A DNA stretch of 64,000 bases from a virus. Its lineage: Duplodnaviria; Caudoviricetes. Every line of letters starts with the position of its first letter. Position 1 is the stretch's first letter. A program made the translations under genes and the position numbers. Positions 56,313-64,000 of this stretch are shown piece after piece. The stretch lies in the IMG/VR virus record IMGVR_UViG_3300032302_000065; one strand, 5' to 3'. A model generated the notes under the pieces. That model saw only the letters and a list, made by a program, of their open reading frames with translations. It ran no database searches and was not told where the DNA came from.

Positions 56313-56737
56313 ACTTTTGGTGCAGGATTTCTCTTCTTAGGCGCACTAGTTGTAGGCGCTTTAGTAGTTTGTTGTTGTTTTGGTTTAGCAGTTTTCTTTG
56401 CTGGCGCTTTGTGTTTAGCAATAGATTTTTCTACTGCATCAACTTTACCATCTTTATTCAAATCTCGTTCATCTGCTTCAGTTTTTACTGGAGTTGCAAC
56501 TGGAGTTTGTTTAGGCTGAGTTACAATTTCTGCGCTAATAACTTTACCCATAACTGGTGCAGTAGTCTCTACAATATTTTTTTCAATATGTTCAGATTTT
56601 ACATTAGGGTTTAGATATGGACATTTTGATGGGTCACCGCCATGAGATGTTTCTTCTTTAGCTTTTTTTACTGCAAAGTGATGTGCAATAAATGCCAAAA
56701 CTGCGGCAACGATAATTAGTCCAATAATAATTTCCAT
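56309..56737 (-). CDS. Membrane-anchored protein next to the endolysin
   Basis: N-terminal TM, DLNKDGKVD, Lys-rich tail. Confidence 0.6.
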   Translation of the reverse strand: MEIIIGLIIVAAVLAFIAHHFAVKKAKEETSHGGDPSKCPYLNPNVKSEHIEKNIVETTAPVMGKVISAEIVTQPKQTPVATPVKTEADERDLNKDGKVDAVEKSIAKHKAPAKKTAKPKQQQTTKAPTTSAPKKRNPAPKV

Positions 56738-56748
56738 GATTTCTTCCT

Positions 56749-57369
56749 TTAAGTTAAAATTTCAATCGCATGATTGTAATGATTAATTCTTTCATCTAAG
56801 CCAAGATAACCGCCATTGATGCGTTTTGTCATTGTTTTAATGTCTCCAATATCTGCTAGTTCATTTAGTCTAGCCGCAGACCAGAACCAACAAGCAGAAT
56901 GAATAGCATATTCCGATTCAACTAACAAATCAGGATTCTCAACTAATACATTGCTTTCGAACAATGATTGTGAGCATTTAGTGTAATTGTTTTTTCCTGT
57001 AATTTGCACAATACCTCTACCACGGAAGTACCAACCTTCTCCAGAGGCTTCATCTCCATTACCCATACGATTTGCATATACACGATTCGCAATCATTTCT
57101 GGTCTACGTTCGTATTGTTTTGCTACTGCTTCAGTAGGAAAATATTTCTTAAAAGTACCAACTAAACCTTTTGCAGAGTAATTTAAATTCTCTTGAAGGG
57201 TAGTAAACCCACCAGATTCGTGCCCACATTGAGCCATGAATGCGGCAACTCTAGCAGAAGTGTCTATATCGTATTCTGGCAATATATTTAATAAATTGTT
57301 ATACCACTCATCAAAGTTTTTAACTTTTGGTATCAATTGTTTTACTGCATTTTCCGTAAAAAATTCCAT
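56749..57369 (-). CDS. Endolysin, glycoside hydrolase family 19
   Basis: AAFMAQ..HES, ENLNYS, RGRG.VQITGK.NY, TKRINGG. Confidence 0.93.
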   Translation of the reverse strand: MEFFTENAVKQLIPKVKNFDEWYNNLLNILPEYDIDTSARVAAFMAQCGHESGGFTTLQENLNYSAKGLVGTFKKYFPTEAVAKQYERRPEMIANRVYANRMGNGDEASGEGWYFRGRGIVQITGKNNYTKCSQSLFESNVLVENPDLLVESEYAIHSACWFWSAARLNELADIGDIKTMTKRINGGYLGLDERINHYNHAIEILT

Positions 57370-57409
57370 TGCTATCTCCTATGATAATCATAGGAGTATT
57401 TAGCATAGT

Positions 57410-58135
57410 TTAATCCCAAAGTGCTTGGTAGTACTTACCGAACAAACGAAATCCGTTTTGAATTCGTGTCTCAACAACTTTCATGCCTTCATAGTCACAC
57501 TTGTATGTGTTATTGGGACCATCTGTCATTCGAAACAATTTAGCATCTTTCTTAGGAACTTCATTGCCATCTTTATCGACAGGTAGCCAAAGCAAGTCAT
57601 GTTCACCAGAACGAAACTCTTCTTCCCAAGAACCATCATTCTTGCAAGTGAATGCAAAAATCATTTCATCTAATACCCAGTCCCAACGCTTGAAATGATT
57701 TTCGTCAGTATCCCATTCATTTTCTTTTGCTGGCGCTGAAGTTGACTTTAGTTCTTCTGGCACATCTTCATCATCAACATTGGGGGCGCCATGCTTTGTT
57801 GCTTGCAATTGTTTCAGCATAGGTAAGACAATCATTGCAAGTGTGTGATCCATTGACCATGTATCGTACTTGTCAATCTTGATATATGATTTGCGACTAC
57901 GCTTAGACTCTATCCATTGACACAGTTTCAATAGCCAAGTTTCTGGCGGATTCTTTGAGTCTACAATTTCTTCTTTTGTGGTGCCGTGAGAAAGCCAAGT
58001 GCCAAAATTATGCACCCACCTAGGTTTGCTTTCCATATCATATTCGTCCTTTACTGGCTTTGCCCAAAAACAAAGTGCTTCAGCAATCTGATATGGTCCA
58101 ACCCAATTCTTATAGGGTCCGATATAAACTTTCAT
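57410..58135 (-). CDS. Hypothetical phage protein
   Basis: DTWSMDHTLA, WDWVLDEMI.AF, GFRLFGKYY..LWD. Confidence 0.7.
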   Translation of the reverse strand: MKVYIGPYKNWVGPYQIAEALCFWAKPVKDEYDMESKPRWVHNFGTWLSHGTTKEEIVDSKNPPETWLLKLCQWIESKRSRKSYIKIDKYDTWSMDHTLAMIVLPMLKQLQATKHGAPNVDDEDVPEELKSTSAPAKENEWDTDENHFKRWDWVLDEMIFAFTCKNDGSWEEEFRSGEHDLLWLPVDKDGNEVPKKDAKLFRMTDGPNNTYKCDYEGMKVVETRIQNGFRLFGKYYQALWD

Positions 58136-58443
58136 TTCAATTTCTTTCTAATGTGTGGACACGGATTCGGTCTAGTGCGAGTTAGTTCTCCTCCAGCAAA
58201 AGGATCGTCATCTATTAACACACCGAACTCTTTTTCTATATAGTACTTACCCATCGCTTTGATACATTGATCCATCAAACTGTTAGAACCAGAAGAATCG
58301 TCTTCTGCCCAAAAGCAAATTGGAGACCTACCCCATGTACGATATCTTAAAACATCGTGGAAAATTTTTCTATGTTTTTTATTACTAGGGTCAAACGTTT
58401 CGAACACTCTGCCGAACTGTTGAATCTTGCTCATTACTTTCAC
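58132..58443 (-). CDS. Hypothetical protein
   Basis: ORF track. Confidence 0.55.
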   Translation of the reverse strand: MKVMSKIQQFGRVFETFDPSNKKHRKIFHDVLRYRTWGRSPICFWAEDDSSGSNSLMDQCIKAMGKYYIEKEFGVLIDDDPFAGGELTRTRPNPCPHIRKKLK

Positions 58444-58553
58444 TTTCTATCATAATTAAAAGTCGCTTTGATTCTTTACGAACCTCATCTGTTACTGACC
58501 AACCAAAACCTTCTGGATGCAATAACTCTTTCAAGAAGTGTATAACTTCATTT

Positions 58554-58793
58554 TCAGTTTTCGCTTTCATTCGTCACCTTCACGAATAAACTGTTGACGG
58601 CAAAATCTTCAGGCATTCTCTCAACAATCTTTGTGAAGTGATATGAATCTGGATAGTGTCGTAGAACACTCAAAGCACGTTGACGAATGTACTTTGGTAC
58701 TTTGGGTGTTACTTTTGGGTTCAACAAATCTAAAAGCATTTGATGCCCACAACGCAACGCACGATATCTTTCATCAGGTAGCGTCATAATCAT
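58554..58793 (-). CDS. Hypothetical protein
   Basis: MTLP.ER.RA, TP.VP..IR..A...LRHYP. Confidence 0.65.
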   Translation of the reverse strand: MIMTLPDERYRALRCGHQMLLDLLNPKVTPKVPKYIRQRALSVLRHYPDSYHFTKIVERMPEDFAVNSLFVKVTNESEN

Positions 58794-59265
58794 TCTCGCT
58801 AATATGTTCTGCCATTGTTGTGAAAAACGTTTTAACTTTTAATTCATCATTCCATACTCTTGCGTAGTCATTGTCTTTATCGCACAATGCAAGTGCTTCT
58901 TCTTTAGTCACGACACGATGTGACACGATAGTTTCGCCTAAGTGTTCTTGCGAAAACTCTTTGGCTTCTTCCATAGTGACAGTATCAAGTGCCCAATCAG
59001 CTTTGTCTTTACCATATCTATCTGTGCCGACAGGAACTTCTACCATGTAGCGTTCACGGAACATAGACACCGTTTCAACAAGAACCCATTGTGTTTCAAT
59101 TTTTTTCATAGTCCAACTTCCATCTTTGTTATCAATCCATTCAATACTGTCGCCAGTTTGCCAACCAGTTCCCTCTAGTATATCATCATTTAGGGGAAGA
59201 ATCAAGTCACCAGTTTCTGGGTCTTCTTCCAATGAAATTGTCCAAGTTTTGTTTTCCATATGCAC
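58774..59265 (-). CDS. AbrB-like N-terminus plus unknown domain
   Basis: GDLILPL...L...GW..GD.IEW. Confidence 0.55.
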   Translation of the reverse strand: MHMENKTWTISLEEDPETGDLILPLNDDILEGTGWQTGDSIEWIDNKDGSWTMKKIETQWVLVETVSMFRERYMVEVPVGTDRYGKDKADWALDTVTMEEAKEFSQEHLGETIVSHRVVTKEEALALCDKDNDYARVWNDELKVKTFFTTMAEHISENDYDAT

Positions 59266-59284
59266 TCCTTAAGCGAATACATTC

Positions 59285-59313
59285 ATTATAAATGGGGTTT
59301 GACGGAAAGTCAA
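59285..59313 (-). promoter_or_regulatory. Sigma70-like promoter
   Basis: TTGACT-17-TATAAT. Confidence 0.75.
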
Positions 59314-59603
59314 GCAATGAGCATTCTTACCAAACCAATGGTATCTATGGTTGTTAGCAGTAGATAGTTAGCCAACATGCCAAAAGATTTCCTAGTCCAA
59401 CTAGCCCAAGCATACAAAGCACAGCCAAGAATCCAGACAGGATAAAGAGCAAGAAGCGGAGGGGTGGGGACTGTGACTGCCATAGTAATACTACAACCAA
59501 TACTAATAGCCCAAGCAAACAACTCAACAGCAAAGCGAATTCGGTTAGACTTAAAGTCATCTTTAATCCATTCTATAGTAGGGCGAAACAAATCAATAAT
59601 CAT
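59310..59603 (-). CDS. Small multi-TM protein
   Basis: Three hydrophobic segments. Confidence 0.65.
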   Translation of the reverse strand: MIIDLFRPTIEWIKDDFKSNRIRFAVELFAWAISIGCSITMAVTVPTPPLLALYPVWILGCALYAWASWTRKSFGMLANYLLLTTIDTIGLVRMLIA

Positions 59604-59604
59604 A

Positions 59605-60423
59605 TCAATCCAAGTTAAATAATTCTGGATGTGTCTTTGAAAAATATAGCCTTAAAATATTCCAATGTTCAAACAATTCAATCGATTGTCGTTCAACAAC
59701 CATTCTTTTTATGCCATATAATGATTCTAAAACTTTACTAAAATCATTGATCTGATTTTTATAAACATCATATTCGTATGGACGACTATACACTTTATAT
59801 TCTTTCAATTGAAGGAATGTAGAAAACAATCTTTCAACAATAAACGGAAACATATTGAGATTTGGATCTCTGCTATAGTTTGCACTACCATGATAAATCT
59901 CAGCATCTTCTCCTGTCAATGCTTCAAGTTTTTGTTTAATGTCATTCACAAAAGACAAGTACTCCAACCAAAATTTTTTAGTTGCAACAAAGTAACTGCA
60001 ATAACATGTAGCGTCCGTCATAACTGAATTAAGAACAGAAGTATCATATCCACCAGCAACAAATGCAGAATGAACAATTTTTTTAATTCCAGGATGAAAA
60101 TAATCTCCCTGTTCCCAAACACTTACTGTTAGTGCATTTTGTACTCTAGCATGATTAAAAATATAAACATCAAAATTTGGATTTTCATCAATCGACTTTT
60201 TAATTTCTGATGCACCATATCGCATTTTGCTTTGCCAGCGAGGACCAAAGACACCCCAAGCATCCAAATCATCCACATGACCCTCATCAATAATACGATT
60301 GAACGAATGAAACTCACGTAATTCTGGACGCTCATTTGATGTGTTATCAAAAGGTGTTAGCAAAGGATCGACTAGGGGGATTTGTTTGTCCTCAAAACAA
60401 ATTTGAAAAATTTTGTAGTTCAA
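59605..60423 (-). CDS. Hypothetical, glycosyltransferase-like
   Basis: KIFQI, F..ERLFS. Confidence 0.45.
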   Translation of the reverse strand: MNYKIFQICFEDKQIPLVDPLLTPFDNTSNERPELREFHSFNRIIDEGHVDDLDAWGVFGPRWQSKMRYGASEIKKSIDENPNFDVYIFNHARVQNALTVSVWEQGDYFHPGIKKIVHSAFVAGGYDTSVLNSVMTDATCYCSYFVATKKFWLEYLSFVNDIKQKLEALTGEDAEIYHGSANYSRDPNLNMFPFIVERLFSTFLQLKEYKVYSRPYEYDVYKNQINDFSKVLESLYGIKRMVVERQSIELFEHWNILRLYFSKTHPELFNLD

Positions 60424-61145
60424 TCTGACACTCCATTACCATTAGGAGCGATATTTCCTTGCACTCCAATTTTTGAAATTTTTTGAATTAAGTCTTCTCT
60501 TAAGTGCGAGAATAGTAAATGCTCAATGTCAATATATCCGCCATCAGTCAATCTTTTATTCATATCAGCAAACATGTTTCGATATACTTGTGTAATTTCT
60601 GGAAATAATTCAGAATCAAAACTCCAAAGTCTACTCATATACTGAAAGATAACATTGCCCGTTACTGCTGGCGTGAATTGACTAGTAAATGGTCCACGAA
60701 TTACAATTTTACCTTTTGCATTATAATGCGTATCATAATTAAAATCATCGTTTAAAACGTATCGACCACTCATTTTAAAAATACGTTTATAGTGTTTATA
60801 GTCTTCAGTCATATTCATTTGTTCAAACATGGTTCCGAATGTCATTATTTCAGCCATGTTTTTTACGATATCCTGACTGGGAATACTAAGAATGTGTTTT
60901 AAGTGTGGCGATTCACAAAAACTAATGAATGTGAAAATGTGTGGAGATAATTTTTCTTTTTCTTCATCAGATAAATCTTTATCTCCACCATCAATAATCA
61001 TAATGTCTGCTGGACACCTACTTTTAATTGATTTGCACGTTTCGATTGTTTGTTCTAGTCTTTGTTCAGGACTATAAACTCCATGTTTAGTATGTATTGC
61101 AGACGATACTAAAAATAAACTTTCATTCTTTTGGTTTTCTTGCAT
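60420..61145 (-). CDS. Hypothetical, glycosyltransferase-like
   Basis: R..QT, FKMSGRY, DIEH. Confidence 0.45.
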   Translation of the reverse strand: MQENQKNESLFLVSSAIHTKHGVYSPEQRLEQTIETCKSIKSRCPADIMIIDGGDKDLSDEEKEKLSPHIFTFISFCESPHLKHILSIPSQDIVKNMAEIMTFGTMFEQMNMTEDYKHYKRIFKMSGRYVLNDDFNYDTHYNAKGKIVIRGPFTSQFTPAVTGNVIFQYMSRLWSFDSELFPEITQVYRNMFADMNKRLTDGGYIDIEHLLFSHLREDLIQKISKIGVQGNIAPNGNGVSD

Positions 61146-61785
61146 TTGGTTTTTTCCTCACAGTTTTAGCGGCAGCTTTTTTCGCAACAGGTTTTCGTTT
61201 TGGCTTAGCTTCCCCATTCATCATTTCTTCTTTTTTATTCAATCGTTTGAATACCTCTTCTGGTTCCATCCAGATATCTTTGTTCTCTAGTATAGACTTA
61301 ATTTCATCGTCTGTCAAGAATCCAGCATATACGCTACGCATGAATCGGTCAGACCACTTACGTTCGTACATAATATTGTCGTACATCTCACCACCTTTGC
61401 CTATAGTACCACCTGAGTAATTGTGGAACATAAACATAGAATGTTCTGAGATTTCAAATCCATGCCCACATAAAAATATCATAGTAGCCGCAGACATACA
61501 TGCGCCTTCTACCGATGTGATAATTTTAGCTTCGCATTCTGCCATTACACGCATCAATTGTATAGCAGTAAATAAATTACCACCAGGTGAGTTGATATGT
61601 ATTTTAATGATATCAGTATCTGAAGCATTTCTGATAATTTCATACCATTCAACGTAATCTTCCGGAGAAGATATTTCACCAGTCAAGTATAGAGTATATA
61701 AATGACCTATGGGTTTAGGTTGTCTAGGTTTTTTAGAATCATCTAAGTTAAATATTGATCCCAATTTGTTTTCTTCTTCGTCCAT
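61123..61785 (-). CDS. ClpP-like serine protease
   Basis: INSPGG, C.SAATMI, MFH, D.W. Confidence 0.85.
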   Translation of the reverse strand: MDEEENKLGSIFNLDDSKKPRQPKPIGHLYTLYLTGEISSPEDYVEWYEIIRNASDTDIIKIHINSPGGNLFTAIQLMRVMAECEAKIITSVEGACMSAATMIFLCGHGFEISEHSMFMFHNYSGGTIGKGGEMYDNIMYERKWSDRFMRSVYAGFLTDDEIKSILENKDIWMEPEEVFKRLNKKEEMMNGEAKPKRKPVAKKAAAKTVRKKPNARKPKE

Positions 61786-61820
61786 AGTTACTCACTTTCT
61801 ACAGTAATATAGAGTATACT

Positions 61821-62405
61821 CTATTTTGTTTTAAATGTCAAACTTTCAACTCCATATTTGCACAACCAGTATGCATCAATCAAGTCAGAAGAAGGATTCC
61901 ATTGTTTCTCGGTCATATGTAGTTCTTCTTTTAAACGAATGTCATTAAATTCTTCAAAGACTTCCTGCATTCGTTCTTTATTTGCATTGCCTTTACCAGT
62001 AGCATATTTCTTAAGTACTGTTGGTGGCACTTCTGTACATTCTACAGCAAACAACCATAGTCTGTATTTTAAAATGCCAGCGTTCTCTGCAATGTTGAAT
62101 ACTCTGCCTTTTGATCCCATAGAATATCCTTCTAGGAATACGTGGCACTCTTTGTCTGTCTCTAACAATTTATCGATAAAGAAATTTGATATACCATCGT
62201 ATCGTAATACGTCAGTCACTCCTTCGTGGTCAAAAAATCTACCTGTTATGTTTTTAAATTGCACATCATATTTTCTAGATTGAGTTAGAAAATAAAAATT
62301 ACAATCAGAAAAATTAAAATGTCCAATCCTGTCATTGTTTTCTCCAGTATCAAATACACACATTGCAGGACATGTTAGGGAATAATCTATTCCTGCTACA
62401 ATCAT
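61821..62405 (-). CDS. RuvC-like Holliday junction resolvase
   Basis: GIDYS, EGYS, KK.ATGKGNA.K, D..DAY. Confidence 0.8.
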   Translation of the reverse strand: MIVAGIDYSLTCPAMCVFDTGENNDRIGHFNFSDCNFYFLTQSRKYDVQFKNITGRFFDHEGVTDVLRYDGISNFFIDKLLETDKECHVFLEGYSMGSKGRVFNIAENAGILKYRLWLFAVECTEVPPTVLKKYATGKGNANKERMQEVFEEFNDIRLKEELHMTEKQWNPSSDLIDAYWLCKYGVESLTFKTK

Positions 62406-62614
62406 CTATCGTCTTCTTCCGTGTTCCATTCATCTTCTATTAGACTATCCCAATCTTCATCTGTCCAATCGTCTTCAACTTCTGTAATTGTTTCTTCCAA
62501 TATCTGTGATCCACAATAGGAACAATTTGTTGGAATTAAATCTGATACTCCTGCCGATGGTGTTACTGAATACTCAGTTTCACATGTGTCGCAAAATACG
62601 TTATATGTTGTCAT
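62402..62614 (-). CDS. Zinc-ribbon protein
   Basis: CDTC...CSYCG, acidic tail. Confidence 0.65.
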   Translation of the reverse strand: MTTYNVFCDTCETEYSVTPSAGVSDLIPTNCSYCGSQILEETITEVEDDWTDEDWDSLIEDEWNTEEDDR

Positions 62615-62624
62615 TTTTTTCTCC

Positions 62625-63248
62625 TTATTCGTACATTACAGTACTGGTGCTTCCGAGTGCCCATTTTGCTTCAGTCTCTACTGACCAACGCTTTGTTGCT
62701 ACTTTGAAATCTGGAATCTTAAGTTCCTTTGGGTTACTACTAGGTTCTAAAATCAACATTCTATTGTTGGGCTGTGCCGCAAATTGCCCATTATCACATT
62801 TAATAAAATTATAAGATTTGTGATCCTCAATGTCTTCGCTGAATCCTGTATCTAATATATTAAAATCTGGGTGGGCAGAATCGACAGTAAACATATACTC
62901 GCCGTATCTCCAATCACCCGCCTTACTTTTAAATTTACATTTCTGAGATTGCAACTGTGCTTTTTTAATTACAGTAATGTCATATGACAAACAATCCCAC
63001 AATTGTAATTGGTCAAGGGGCATCTCATCTGTTATTTCTTTCCAGCAGAATGCATGTAATGGCAATTTGTCATATAGTGCGCCGTATTCATTTAAATATG
63101 CTTCTATGCGAAATGCTTGTCCCCTCAGACTCTTTATACTTATCCACCAGCAAGGAACTAATTCTCCATGACCCTTTTCAAAGTCATAGAGAAATTCTTT
63201 GCGTACAAAACATTTAACCGCCGGAAGATTTGCTACGATGTGTGCCAT
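62625..63248 (-). CDS. Hypothetical phage protein
   Basis: GA.YDKLP, LWDC, NGQFAAQPNNR. Confidence 0.7.
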   Translation of the reverse strand: MAHIVANLPAVKCFVRKEFLYDFEKGHGELVPCWWISIKSLRGQAFRIEAYLNEYGALYDKLPLHAFCWKEITDEMPLDQLQLWDCLSYDITVIKKAQLQSQKCKFKSKAGDWRYGEYMFTVDSAHPDFNILDTGFSEDIEDHKSYNFIKCDNGQFAAQPNNRMLILEPSSNPKELKIPDFKVATKRWSVETEAKWALGSTSTVMYE

Positions 63249-63405
63249 TTACCAATGCCTTATAACACCTGCTACAATAAACAGGTTTGCTATTATATAG
63301 CAAAGCACAATACATGTTCTGATAATTGCAACTTTGTCGGACTCGTTATCACATACACTAGCCTTATCGCCCAATGCTTTTGCCCATAGTCGCCACATGA
63401 ATTCC

Positions 63406-63891
63406 TCAATTGCACCAAGATTGTTTCGCATCTCCGTAGTATTCACGGGCTAAACCGTTTGCAATCAATGCTTGTCTTAAACTATTTCCGTCTAAAATAA
63501 CGTCACCTAAAACACGCCCACCATACTTATCCCAATCCATCAACATAACTTGGCGTTTCTTTGCAGAAGCAACAGCATGTTTTGTAAATTCTGTGGCACG
63601 TTGTCCTCTTAAGTCCTCTTGTGGACATTGCGCTCTGAATCCTTTTTCTGGTGTGTCAACGCCAAAGACACGAATGCTTAATTCTTTTTTGAGTGGATCT
63701 GGTAAGAATGTCGCTTCAAACGCAACAGTATCGCCATCAATAACCCTAGTGATATTAGCATCGTATATAACTCCAGGCCTTTGCTTTCCTGTTTGTGCAT
63801 GTGTATTCCATGCAAGAAATGTAATTCCAACTACCAAACAAATTTTCCAAAATAAATTTTTCATGCCGCTTTCCCCCATACGTCTGCCCAA
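63406..63891 (-). CDS. Thermonuclease (SNase-like) with signal peptide
   Basis: RVIDGDT, R..GVDTPE, DKYG.RVL. Confidence 0.9.
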   Translation of the reverse strand: MGRRMGESGMKNLFWKICLVVGITFLAWNTHAQTGKQRPGVIYDANITRVIDGDTVAFEATFLPDPLKKELSIRVFGVDTPEKGFRAQCPQEDLRGQRATEFTKHAVASAKKRQVMLMDWDKYGGRVLGDVILDGNSLRQALIANGLAREYYGDAKQSWCN

Positions 63892-64000
63892 TCACCTTTT
63901 GTAGCACCCTTTGCATAGTCGGTTGCTCTGTTCTCAAAGAAATTAGTATGCGTTGGAGCATTAATCATTTCTTCAACCCAAGGTAATGGATTTCTTTTAA
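63861..64000 (-). CDS. nrdB: 3' end of ribonucleotide reductase beta subunit (partial)
   Basis: NPLPWVEEMINAPTHTNFFENRATDYAKG...W.DVW. Confidence 0.85.
   Translation of the reverse strand, partial: KRNPLPWVEEMINAPTHTNFFENRATDYAKGATKGDWADVWGKAA

Overview
A 64-kb AT-rich segment of a large T4-like (Tevenvirinae-related) myophage genome; the host is probably a Gram-negative proteobacterium (inference). Left to right: a baseplate/tail module (gp7, gp6, gp25, short gp5, hub, gp53, gp48 on the minus strand; gp4, gp2, gp54-like, gp26, gp51, holin and a 1923-aa tape-measure-like protein on the plus strand); gp32, gp59 and gp33; an NDP-sugar/glycosyltransferase cluster; a circularly permuted (two-piece) tmRNA; PhoH and nucleases; two hypervariable early regions of small ORFs driven by repeated sigma70 promoter cassettes; a 25-tRNA array covering all 20 amino acids with interspersed structured ncRNAs and 2OG-Fe(II) oxygenases; RNase H; a GH19 endolysin; ClpP-like, RuvC-like and thermonuclease genes; and the end of nrdB. 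The top finding is at the head of the tRNA array: an unannotated 38-codon leader ORF (43966-44082, minus) that contains all 20 amino acids. It overlaps a 10-bp antiterminator that competes with a strong intrinsic terminator and is followed by an rrn-type boxA. This looks like a pan-amino-acid, ribosome-coupled attenuator that would switch on phage tRNA supply when host tRNAs become limiting. All calls are by-eye motif recognition; no database searches were run.
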